The position numbers and the translations under genes were made by a program. The notes beneath the pieces are model-generated. The model did no database searches, was not told the origin of the DNA, and saw nothing but the letters and a program-made list of their open reading frames with translations. Below, one piece after another: positions 38,046-46,279 of a DNA stretch of 64,000 nucleotides. The stretch lies in the sequence record NC_048173.1. One strand, written 5' to 3'. How positions within the stretch are numbered: position 1 is the first letter of the stretch; every line of letters begins with the position of its first letter.

Positions 38046-38909
38046 ATGAATGATTTATACGACTTCTACGCCAACTGTTTAATCGAAGTACGGCATCCTG
38101 ACCGTGCTGCGCCGTTGTGCGAGTTGGTGATGATGGCCATCGATAACGATTACGAACCTGCACTGGAGCAGATTTATAATTTAGAGATGGATGATGTTGC
38201 AGCACACATCGACACGCTTGAGGGTTGGATTATTAGTTGTGCGGTAGGGTTAGGTCATCGGCTGGGTATCGCTTTTGATATTGACTCGTGCTACCGCAAC
38301 CCGCGTGTTCCGTTGTTAGTGTTAAAAGCCGTACTGGAAGACTTAGAGGACTTCGAAGACTATGAGCACCTGCAGGCGATTGCGGAGTCAGGCGAACCAG
38401 AAGTAATTATTCTGGAGAACATGATTCGTTACGTGCGGGCGGATGAGTTCTTTGAAATCGGTACCGTCATTAAACTGATTGAACCGCGTCTGATGATTGT
38501 CATCGGCAACTTCCTCAATGCCCGTGCCCTCACCGACCAAGCCACTGCCATTGATGACGCGGAACTCGGTCGACTGGCGAAGTACATTCTCGCCTATCCT
38601 GAGAACCCGTCCGTCTGGGCGTTCCAGAATGCGGCTCGGGCCACTGAGCCGAATGTCTTGGCCACCACATTGGTGTTTGAAGACACCGGGGTGCCGGAAG
38701 AACGTCTGCTCGAAATCTACGCGGTAGGGTTAGCGTTGTACGACCACGATAACTTTGCCGACGCTTACACGGCGTTGGAAGAACGTCTGGCAATCATCAA
38801 TAACGACGGCTTGCCTCCAATGCCTATCTTAAAATCGGCGGCGGAAGTATTGAAGACGATTTACGAGGTAAACGATGGACAAGCTGCATTATCTGATAGC
38901 GGCCTGTAA
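38046..38909 (+). CDS. Conserved acidic protein (phiKZ gp79 position), probably virion
   Basis: 287 aa; co-transcribed with vRNAP subunit. Confidence 0.7.
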   Translation: MNDLYDFYANCLIEVRHPDRAAPLCELVMMAIDNDYEPALEQIYNLEMDDVAAHIDTLEGWIISCAVGLGHRLGIAFDIDSCYRNPRVPLLVLKAVLEDLEDFEDYEHLQAIAESGEPEVIILENMIRYVRADEFFEIGTVIKLIEPRLMIVIGNFLNARALTDQATAIDDAELGRLAKYILAYPENPSVWAFQNAARATEPNVLATTLVFEDTGVPEERLLEIYAVGLALYDHDNFADAYTALEERLAIINNDGLPPMPILKSAAEVLKTIYEVNDGQAALSDSGL

Positions 38910-40170
38910 CAGTCACGCATGGAAGCGACTGACATGGCGCATGTCTATCTTCAACGTGTGCCGTTGGCCTGAGGGGGTCACCCCAAAAGCATACGACCTG
39001 AACTTCATTGAGGGGATTCCGCACTTCTGGAATATTGACGAAGACTCACTCGGCAACTGGGAAGCGATTGCCGGGGCGAAGAAAGATGAAGAGTTGTTCT
39101 GGCCGGAAGAAGAGATAGCGATTAAAGCGGGGTATTATCCGGGGCTCGATAAAGACCTGATAACCTCAGCCGGTCGTTACGTTGCCAACTGGATTGTGGT
39201 CTACTTCTCGGTGGGAACCCGGTTACCGTATCTGGAAGAAGGGAAGTCCTTCTTGGTGTACGAGAAAGAACTGTACTCGCGTTGTCTGGCTTACGGCACG
39301 GATAACCCGGACGACCAAGAGGCATTGCGTCCAAGCCACGTAGCCGCCTTTATACAGGGTCTCAGCGAGATTGCACCGATGTGTAAGGCGATTGCCCCAA
39401 CCGGTACTCTGCGTTCGTTACAGACGCATCCAGACCTGTATAAGGTACGTGATGCCCTGCTCGAGAAACACAAGGACGAGTTGGACGACCCGGCGGTTAT
39501 CGTGAAGATTCAGAAGGTGCTGGATGACATGGACACCGAATGGTTACAAGGTGACCAGTCCATCGAATTCTACAGCTCGAAGAAGTCCCGAATGCGTCGA
39601 CGTAAGTTGCTTATCATGCACGGGATTGAAGCGTCCTTTAAAGAAGGGGGCGACTACACCCTGATTCCGACCTCGCTGATTGAAGGGGGTGACCTGACCA
39701 AACTCGTTGAGAAATTCAACGGCGTCCGTGAAGGTTCGTTCTCTCGTGGTGCGGAGACGGCGAAGGGTGGTGAGCAGGTTCGAATCATTCAGATGATCTT
39801 CCAGAACCATCGCATCACCGATGACGATTGCGGTACCAAACTTACCCATTTGGTGTTCATTAACGAAGCCAATGTCAAACGCTATGTTGGGATGAACATG
39901 GTGGAGACGGGTAAGAAGACGCAGTTAACCGAAGAGATGCTCAAAGGCTTGGTGGGTAAGGCGATACGCATTCGACGCCCTATCTTATGCCAACGAGGTC
40001 ACGTTGACACTTGTGCCGGCTGCTCCAGCGCTGCAAAGTCGAAAGAAGAACGAGCGATTGCCGCGGATATCTCCGGGGCGATGTCAAACGTTATGCTTAA
40101 CGCGATGGGCGCAATGCACGGCCGAGATACCGTGGTGGCCGAATTCAAACCCCGATTCCACATTACCTAA
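38875..40170 (+). CDS. rpoC: Virion RNA polymerase beta' middle subunit (phiKZ gp80-like)
   Basis: REGSFSRGAETAKGG bridge helix, DDDCGT, RRPILC..TCAGC Zn site. Confidence 0.85.
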   Translation: MDKLHYLIAACNSHAWKRLTWRMSIFNVCRWPEGVTPKAYDLNFIEGIPHFWNIDEDSLGNWEAIAGAKKDEELFWPEEEIAIKAGYYPGLDKDLITSAGRYVANWIVVYFSVGTRLPYLEEGKSFLVYEKELYSRCLAYGTDNPDDQEALRPSHVAAFIQGLSEIAPMCKAIAPTGTLRSLQTHPDLYKVRDALLEKHKDELDDPAVIVKIQKVLDDMDTEWLQGDQSIEFYSSKKSRMRRRKLLIMHGIEASFKEGGDYTLIPTSLIEGGDLTKLVEKFNGVREGSFSRGAETAKGGEQVRIIQMIFQNHRITDDDCGTKLTHLVFINEANVKRYVGMNMVETGKKTQLTEEMLKGLVGKAIRIRRPILCQRGHVDTCAGCSSAAKSKEERAIAADISGAMSNVMLNAMGAMHGRDTVVAEFKPRFHIT

Positions 40171-40180
40171 GGATTTAGTC

Positions 40181-40783
40181 ATGGGAAACCAAGATAAAAC
40201 TAAGCAACAGTCTACCCAGCAGTCTGCTACCACCACCGTTCTCGAGACCGCGGGTGAGCAGTCACTGGCACAAAGTGATGCACGTCCTCAGCTGACCGCA
40301 GAGACCACCCCGGCTGTTGACCCACAGACTGTTGCCCCGGCCGGTTCTATCAATGCTGAAGAGCAGAACGATCTGAAACTGCTGGGCCAGTTGCTGGAAG
40401 AGTACGCGGCGAACTCCGGTACGCACGTTGACCTGAACAGCTCTAAGTCTCAGGTGGCTTTCAGCAAACTGCATCATGCGTTCCGCCTGCTGTTCAAACA
40501 GCGCGGCACGGCCTTTAAGCAGGGCTTTGCTATCCTGATTAAAGTTGTGGTTGACGCGAAGACCAAAGCGTTCCACCCGAAAGTGGTAAACTACCACCTG
40601 AACAACCTGAACCCTGATGAGCAGACTGCGTTCATCGTGTTCATCAACCTCGTCAGCCGTTTCGCACGCTTTGACAACAAAGCCAAGTTCGCGAAAAACA
40701 CCAACGTGTCTCGCCTGACCGAGCTGGTTGCTGACCCGGAACTGAAAGGTCTGCTGGACGAAGTGTTCCTCGTCAAGCACTAA
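40181..40783 (+). CDS. Hypothetical protein with Q/T/A-rich N-terminus
   Basis: ATG 40181 with AAGGA RBS; codon-biased. Confidence 0.75.
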   Translation: MGNQDKTKQQSTQQSATTTVLETAGEQSLAQSDARPQLTAETTPAVDPQTVAPAGSINAEEQNDLKLLGQLLEEYAANSGTHVDLNSSKSQVAFSKLHHAFRLLFKQRGTAFKQGFAILIKVVVDAKTKAFHPKVVNYHLNNLNPDEQTAFIVFINLVSRFARFDNKAKFAKNTNVSRLTELVADPELKGLLDEVFLVKH

Positions 40784-40835
40784 AAAAATAAAGGCTACTA
40801 CCTTCCCGCAAGGGAAGGTAGACCTTTTTCTTTTT
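40784..40835. terminator. Bidirectional terminator (CTACCTTCCC-GCAA-GGGAAGGTAG)
   Basis: 10-bp stem, GNRA loop, A and T flanks, convergent genes. Confidence 0.85.
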
Positions 40836-42636
40836 ACGCCGCGTGCTCGTCGATAGTGGTGACCACTTCTTCGTTAGCCGCCGCCATACGACGACGGAAT
40901 GCTTCCAATACCACTTCTTTATCTGGCATCAGGAACATCTCGTTGGCAATCTCCATTGCATTCACACGTCCCGCAGTTAGGTTAACCCCAGCACGACGAC
41001 GAACTTCTTCGCTCACGCCTTCGATTGAGATAAGCTCAATGATAGTGGTTTCACGAGATTGGTTCGCCATGTTTGTACACGACGGGTAAGCCTGTGTTAA
41101 GTCGGCATCCGCGGTTTGACCACGGAAGGCGGTCAGTAAGGACGGAATCTCTTTCACGACATGTAAACCGTTCTCGGCGTTCATGTGTGCAGGCAAGGTG
41201 ACAATCCAACCGTCTGTTCCGATAACCTCCTCATCAAAGTCGTTCTTAATCGCATTCCCCACCGAGCCGATAACCAGACCTTGGTTCCAGAGGAAATAGG
41301 TGAACTCGTTACAGATACGTTTAGGCAACGACGGGAAGATATCGTACATCGACACACCCGATAGAATCGAGAGTGCTGAGGACAGGTCGTTCGTTAAGCT
41401 ATCCAACAACAGGATGAGTAAGTTATCCATGATGTTGTATGCGCAGTATTCGAGTGGGAAGTCTCGCTGTGCAGTAATGTGCCAATCGACGTTGTCTTTG
41501 TACTCCAGCCCCGGAATGTCTAACTTACCTACCCCCACTTCCCCTTCCAGAATGGCCGAGAGTTTGTAGGTCGGACGGTTACCTTCGTGCGTACGGATTT
41601 TCTTGAACAGACACATGGCATCTACTGCATAGAACGACGCCTGACAGTACAGCACATGCCACTGGTCAGCCGGCGACTTGGTCAGTGTCTTCGATTCAGT
41701 TTTCTTCGACGCTTGGTCACGCTTGTACCAGACGTTACGGTACTTCTGTGGAACGTCCGGATGACAGAAGACGTCTTCGTACGGAATGCCTTCAGCGTCC
41801 AGCTCCTTCATCATTATCGTCAAGTCGTAGTCGATGTTCCACGCCACGAGCAGGTCAGGTAACAGACGATGGACTTCGTGGAACATGGCCACGATACACT
41901 GTGCAGGGGTGGCGCAGCGGTGGACAAACAATTCGTACCCGTTCTCTTTAATCAGGTCACGGTATTCGACTTCGCCTTTCGGGAGTTTCTTGCCCTTTTT
42001 ATTTTTAGTGAACGGGACACGACTGAGCAGCTCAACCGTTTTCTTTTCAATGGCTTCATGACCGCCCTTAATACGGTCGAAGTATTCCGCATGCGCAAAG
42101 AAGTGAATCTCTTTGTCACAAACAAAAGAGACCATCTCCATACGTTTCGAACCGTCGTCTTCTTTGGTTTCGACGTCGAATACGCAGGCGCGGTTCAGAG
42201 ACTGAGCTTCGGGCCACTTCTCCTTGTACTTCTGTTTAATCCAGCTGGTCACTGGCAAGTCAGCCCAATACACAAACGGGCTGCGACAGGCCATTTTCAA
42301 ATTGAGTTTTGGATTCGGGAAGCTGTTACCCAATGCCATTTGAATGGTCTGGGACATCTTCACATCTGTTGTGTGGTATTCAACACAACGCTCACGCAAT
42401 TCGTATTCTTTCTTCTCCTGATGGTTTCGGAAAGAAGGACCCTCGCGTGTGACAAAAATAGGACGTTTTACGTTCTCACGCATTACCAGTCGCGGGATTT
42501 GCCGGCCATCTTTAGTATGGACGACCTCCTTAATGACGACCAAGTCGTTTTGTTTTATGGCATCGGTCGAGTAGGCGACGGACTTACATTCTTTGCCAAC
42601 GACATCCTCGGGGTTAAAGTGTAAGTTGCTTACCAT
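40834..42636 (-). CDS. polB: Family B DNA polymerase, 3'-5' exonuclease plus motif-A subunit (phiKZ gp82-like)
   Basis: FDVET, AWNIDYD, YNIMD exonuclease motifs; DADLTQAYPS motif A. Confidence 0.88.
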   Translation of the reverse strand: MVSNLHFNPEDVVGKECKSVAYSTDAIKQNDLVVIKEVVHTKDGRQIPRLVMRENVKRPIFVTREGPSFRNHQEKKEYELRERCVEYHTTDVKMSQTIQMALGNSFPNPKLNLKMACRSPFVYWADLPVTSWIKQKYKEKWPEAQSLNRACVFDVETKEDDGSKRMEMVSFVCDKEIHFFAHAEYFDRIKGGHEAIEKKTVELLSRVPFTKNKKGKKLPKGEVEYRDLIKENGYELFVHRCATPAQCIVAMFHEVHRLLPDLLVAWNIDYDLTIMMKELDAEGIPYEDVFCHPDVPQKYRNVWYKRDQASKKTESKTLTKSPADQWHVLYCQASFYAVDAMCLFKKIRTHEGNRPTYKLSAILEGEVGVGKLDIPGLEYKDNVDWHITAQRDFPLEYCAYNIMDNLLILLLDSLTNDLSSALSILSGVSMYDIFPSLPKRICNEFTYFLWNQGLVIGSVGNAIKNDFDEEVIGTDGWIVTLPAHMNAENGLHVVKEIPSLLTAFRGQTADADLTQAYPSCTNMANQSRETTIIELISIEGVSEEVRRRAGVNLTAGRVNAMEIANEMFLMPDKEVVLEAFRRRMAAANEEVVTTIDEHAA

Positions 42637-42682
42637 AGCGGCCCTTCTTATTCGGTTGCTCGATTCTGGATTCTTGGGTATC

Positions 42683-42709
42683 TATACTAGAGTATTCAAT
42701 TGTAAAAAA
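42683..42709 (-). promoter_or_regulatory. Candidate middle promoter TTTTTTAC-N15-TATA
   Basis: 46 nt upstream of the 42636 start. Confidence 0.6.
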
Positions 42710-42723
42710 TTTTAAGGACTCCC

Positions 42724-44067
42724 ATGGGACACTGGTTAAATCTTGCTGGCAGACTCGCGAACCGCCAGCACGTAGCGTCGGAATCTATCAAATTCCAAAA
42801 CCGCGATAAGTTTGAAAAGGTTGCTGCAGCCGTTGCCGAATTCCGTCAGAATAACTACAGCCGTACCGCGTACGAAACCTCGACCATTCCAACCGTGATT
42901 CTGGAATGCTTTGGGGTCAACACACGTCTGTGCGATGGCAGTGAACTGGGTCTTGCCGACCAACGCTTAGCCGCCGTTCATCCCCCTGAACTCGACAAGA
43001 ACCACCCACTGGTTCCGGAGTTCCAACGCATCGCGTATAAAGGGAACAACGATTTAACCGTTTATAGCAAATTTGCCAAAGACGGTGTAATTATCGGTGA
43101 AGTAAACGACGCGGAAGCCCGTGTCAGTGGCGATTACAGCAAGGTTATTTGTCAGCTGTACGTCACTCCTCCTCTTTTTGCCGATGAATCGTTCACCAAC
43201 GAAGAACTGGCAGCGATTATCCTGCACGAGGTTGGACACATCTATACCTACTTCAAGCTGATTGGTCGTACGTTGCTGACGAACATGATTGCGGATGCCG
43301 CAGCTAACCGTCTCATGAAACTCGAAGACCCGAAAGAGAAGATGAAGGTCGTGAGTGACGTGGAGAAACTGCTCAACACCAAAATCGGTCAGCCGGAAAC
43401 CCTGCTGGAGGAGTACCGTAAAGAGCCGCTGTACATGCACCTCGTGACGGAGCTGTCTCAGCCACGTATCAACGCGGTGGCTTCTAACGGTTACGTGAAC
43501 CGTAACTGGGAACGTCTGGCGGATGACTTTGCAGCGCGCTGTGGCGCAGCGCAGTATCTGGCGACCGGGCTGTATAAGCTCGAAACCTCGCCAATGTACA
43601 TCGCCCGTAACAACTCCTTTATCGACTTCGGCACCCACATCGTTACGCAAGTGGCGCTGGTTGGTTTCATTATCTGGAATGCCTACTACTCGCCTATCAT
43701 CGTGGCCGGGCTGTGTATTCTGGGGCTGGTGATTACTGACCCGCAAGACTATATCTACGACCAACCGCAAGAGCGCTTTACAACGCTGCGCCGTACTATG
43801 GTCGAAGAGCTGCGGGTGTACGAAGGCGTTAACAGCAAAGAAGCCAACGAATACCGCAAGCGTATCCTGCGCGAAATCGGTGTGGTTGACCAACTGCTGT
43901 CGCAGACCACCGATAAGGCAAACGTCTTTAAACTGTTCCACGACTACCTGACACCGTCGGGCCATCGTGAACGTAAAGCCATCAGCTTCCAGCAAGACCT
44001 TGAGACTTTCTTGACGTCTGACTTGGCGGTTGCCTCTGCCCGTCTGAATCTTGCAGGCGCAAAATAA
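42724..44067 (+). CDS. Head/ejection protein with zincin HExxH motif and hydrophobic hairpin (SPN3US gp45-like)
   Basis: ILHEVGH, ERLADDFA; ASE-S site at residues 18-21. Confidence 0.7.
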   Translation: MGHWLNLAGRLANRQHVASESIKFQNRDKFEKVAAAVAEFRQNNYSRTAYETSTIPTVILECFGVNTRLCDGSELGLADQRLAAVHPPELDKNHPLVPEFQRIAYKGNNDLTVYSKFAKDGVIIGEVNDAEARVSGDYSKVICQLYVTPPLFADESFTNEELAAIILHEVGHIYTYFKLIGRTLLTNMIADAAANRLMKLEDPKEKMKVVSDVEKLLNTKIGQPETLLEEYRKEPLYMHLVTELSQPRINAVASNGYVNRNWERLADDFAARCGAAQYLATGLYKLETSPMYIARNNSFIDFGTHIVTQVALVGFIIWNAYYSPIIVAGLCILGLVITDPQDYIYDQPQERFTTLRRTMVEELRVYEGVNSKEANEYRKRILREIGVVDQLLSQTTDKANVFKLFHDYLTPSGHRERKAISFQQDLETFLTSDLAVASARLNLAGAK

Positions 44068-44088
44068 CCCTATCATCGAGGAACTATC

Positions 44089-44529
44089 ATGACACACAAA
44101 GTCACCATGGGTGCGTTGATTTACGATTTCAAACGCAAGAACGAAGGTAAAGGCGTGGCCGCAGGTCAGGCGCTGACCACACTGGTTGCTATCTGTCTGG
44201 CGTATAACGCGCCACTGCCGAACAACGGCATCAACGGCGGACAGGAAGCTGCCCGCACTACGCTGCGTCCGTACATCACGGACATCGCCTCCCGTGTGAA
44301 CGAAATCATGCACATTGATTTCACCACAATTGACTCACTGTCGATTGCGCTGTACTGCAACCGCTACGAGCAAGCGTGGAACCCACGTGGGGCTATCGAC
44401 GCATTCAGCATCCAGCAGATTGTTCACGAAGGTATCGGTTCTGATATCTGGCAGACCGTGAAACTGTGGCTTGACCGCTTCATGGATGCGATTGCCTTCT
44501 ATCAGTTGGAACAGCGCGAAGGGGAGTAA
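44089..44529 (+). CDS. Small head protein (SPN3US gp46 position)
   Basis: 146 aa, GAGGA RBS. Confidence 0.65.
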   Translation: MTHKVTMGALIYDFKRKNEGKGVAAGQALTTLVAICLAYNAPLPNNGINGGQEAARTTLRPYITDIASRVNEIMHIDFTTIDSLSIALYCNRYEQAWNPRGAIDAFSIQQIVHEGIGSDIWQTVKLWLDRFMDAIAFYQLEQREGE

Positions 44530-44533
44530 GTAA

Positions 44534-46234
44534 ATGACTGGAACGACTGGATTGGTTGCTAACCCAATGTTCCGCCTCGGCCAGTTGGGTGAGCTTGCTC
44601 GTCAAGAGCAGGCAACCGAACTGAAGACTGCCGCGGAGGTCATCGACTTCCTCAAACGTACCGACGTTGTTGCTGAACAGAACATGAAGGTGCTGCAAGC
44701 GCTGGATGAAGTGATGGCAGAAATCCGCAGCTACGGTCTGAATCAGGACACGTTCGTCGCGGTCGAGTCGATTCGCCCGGGGACTATCCCTGCGGCCGTG
44801 CGTGGGGTGCTCACCAGTAACTATTCACGTACTCATCGTGAAGAAACGCTGGTTGCGCTGGAGTCGTACTCGCAGGTCGGCAAATACGGTATCCTCTTAC
44901 TGCTGATTGGCGCCGTTATCAAAATCCTCGGTTGGATTGTCGGTAACGCCAGTGCTGCCGCAGGTGGTGAAGGTAGCGGGGCTGACGATTACAAATCGGA
45001 AGCTGACGGACGCACCGAAGGGGCTTCTTTAGGCGATGGCAGCATTCTGGAATCCCTGAAGTCCAGCTCTGTCCGCGATGGGTACGTGTCCGTATTCGAA
45101 AGCGCCAAAGATGAGAAGGCGAAGAAAGCCCTCAATGATGTCGCTGCGATTCTGGATGCCCGTGTACAGGAAGTGCAGGGTGAGAACTACTTCAACAACC
45201 TGTCGGCAGCTGCCACCGGTGGTAAGTCGTTCTTCGGGCCGATTCTGCGCAAAGCCGTTGCCGGGGATATCAGCCAGCGTGAAGCAACGCTCGAGTTGAT
45301 TACGCAGGTGGTGGCAACCGGTGCTCCGTCGGCTATCTTCAACGACCGAGCGGCACAAAGTGCGTGGGCGGCGTTACCCAAAGGGGCGAAGGAGTGTGGC
45401 GTGCGTTTTGCAACAGGTTCACTGTTCAAACGTTATGCCAACAACCTGAACAACCTGAACGGTGATGCTCAGCGCTTTGAGAAGACGCTGGACAGCGTCA
45501 TGAGCAACCTGTTAAAGGATGCTGGGGCTGACCAACGTGATGCCCAGAACTTGGCACACGAGTTCATTACTGAGGTGTCTACGGTCTCGGCTGCGGTGTT
45601 CTCGATGCTGGAACGTGACTCGAGCGGTAACCCAACCATGTCGACGGAACTATCGTCGGTTGGTTATCGTATCAAGCCGGACTTTGCCAAGAAACTTATC
45701 GGTTATACCGAAGCGACGGGTACCACCGGTTCGTACGAGTTCCGTTACGTGACCTCGTCGGCGTTCATGTGCTCTGAGCTGTTGGTGGACTTGGTGAAAG
45801 ACTCTGGTATGTCTGACACTGACCATCCTTCTCTGCTGCGCTCACTCGTGATGCTCGGCCCGGATGACTTGGAATCAAATCCGCGTACCGATATTGAGAA
45901 ATACTCGGCATTGCAGAAACGCTTCCAGGCGCTGTACGAGAAGTTCGATGAGTTCGGTAAGAAGTTCAACAAGACCGGGAAGAACTTCCCGATGTTCGTG
46001 AAATTCGAAGAGAACATCTTTGAACTGATTTCCAAAAATCAGCGCGATGCCACCTTTGGCAAAGACACCGGTCTGTTTGAGGTCGGTGCGGCAAGCGAAG
46101 GTGCCGGCTCAAGCTTCTTTAAAGGAGCGAAAGCTGTGATGGCGGTTTGCCGTGACTTCGCGAAGGTGGGTGGGGCGTTAACGAAGGTTGTTGACCGCCA
46201 CAACAAATGCCCGTGGACGAAAGCAAAGAAATAA
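44534..46234 (+). CDS. Head ejection protein with transmembrane-like segment (SPN3US gp47-like)
   Basis: 566 aa; AVE-S/ALE-S motifs; GILLLLIGAVIKILGWIVG segment. Confidence 0.7.
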   Translation: MTGTTGLVANPMFRLGQLGELARQEQATELKTAAEVIDFLKRTDVVAEQNMKVLQALDEVMAEIRSYGLNQDTFVAVESIRPGTIPAAVRGVLTSNYSRTHREETLVALESYSQVGKYGILLLLIGAVIKILGWIVGNASAAAGGEGSGADDYKSEADGRTEGASLGDGSILESLKSSSVRDGYVSVFESAKDEKAKKALNDVAAILDARVQEVQGENYFNNLSAAATGGKSFFGPILRKAVAGDISQREATLELITQVVATGAPSAIFNDRAAQSAWAALPKGAKECGVRFATGSLFKRYANNLNNLNGDAQRFEKTLDSVMSNLLKDAGADQRDAQNLAHEFITEVSTVSAAVFSMLERDSSGNPTMSTELSSVGYRIKPDFAKKLIGYTEATGTTGSYEFRYVTSSAFMCSELLVDLVKDSGMSDTDHPSLLRSLVMLGPDDLESNPRTDIEKYSALQKRFQALYEKFDEFGKKFNKTGKNFPMFVKFEENIFELISKNQRDATFGKDTGLFEVGAASEGAGSSFFKGAKAVMAVCRDFAKVGGALTKVVDRHNKCPWTKAKK

Positions 46235-46279
46235 AAGGTAACCTACCCCCGCGGGGGTAGGTCCTTACTTTATTTTTTC
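46231..46279. terminator. Bidirectional terminator (ACCTACCCC-CGCG-GGGGTAGGT)
   Basis: 9-bp stem plus outer AAGG/CCTT; convergent genes. Confidence 0.8.

Noticed and set aside
40830-40837. TTTTTAC as a promoter
   Set aside because: Coincides with a terminator tail and the minus-strand stop codon; no downstream element or gene.
43054-44313. 419-aa minus-strand ORF
   Set aside because: Antisense shadow of codon-biased head genes; no RBS or recognisable motif.
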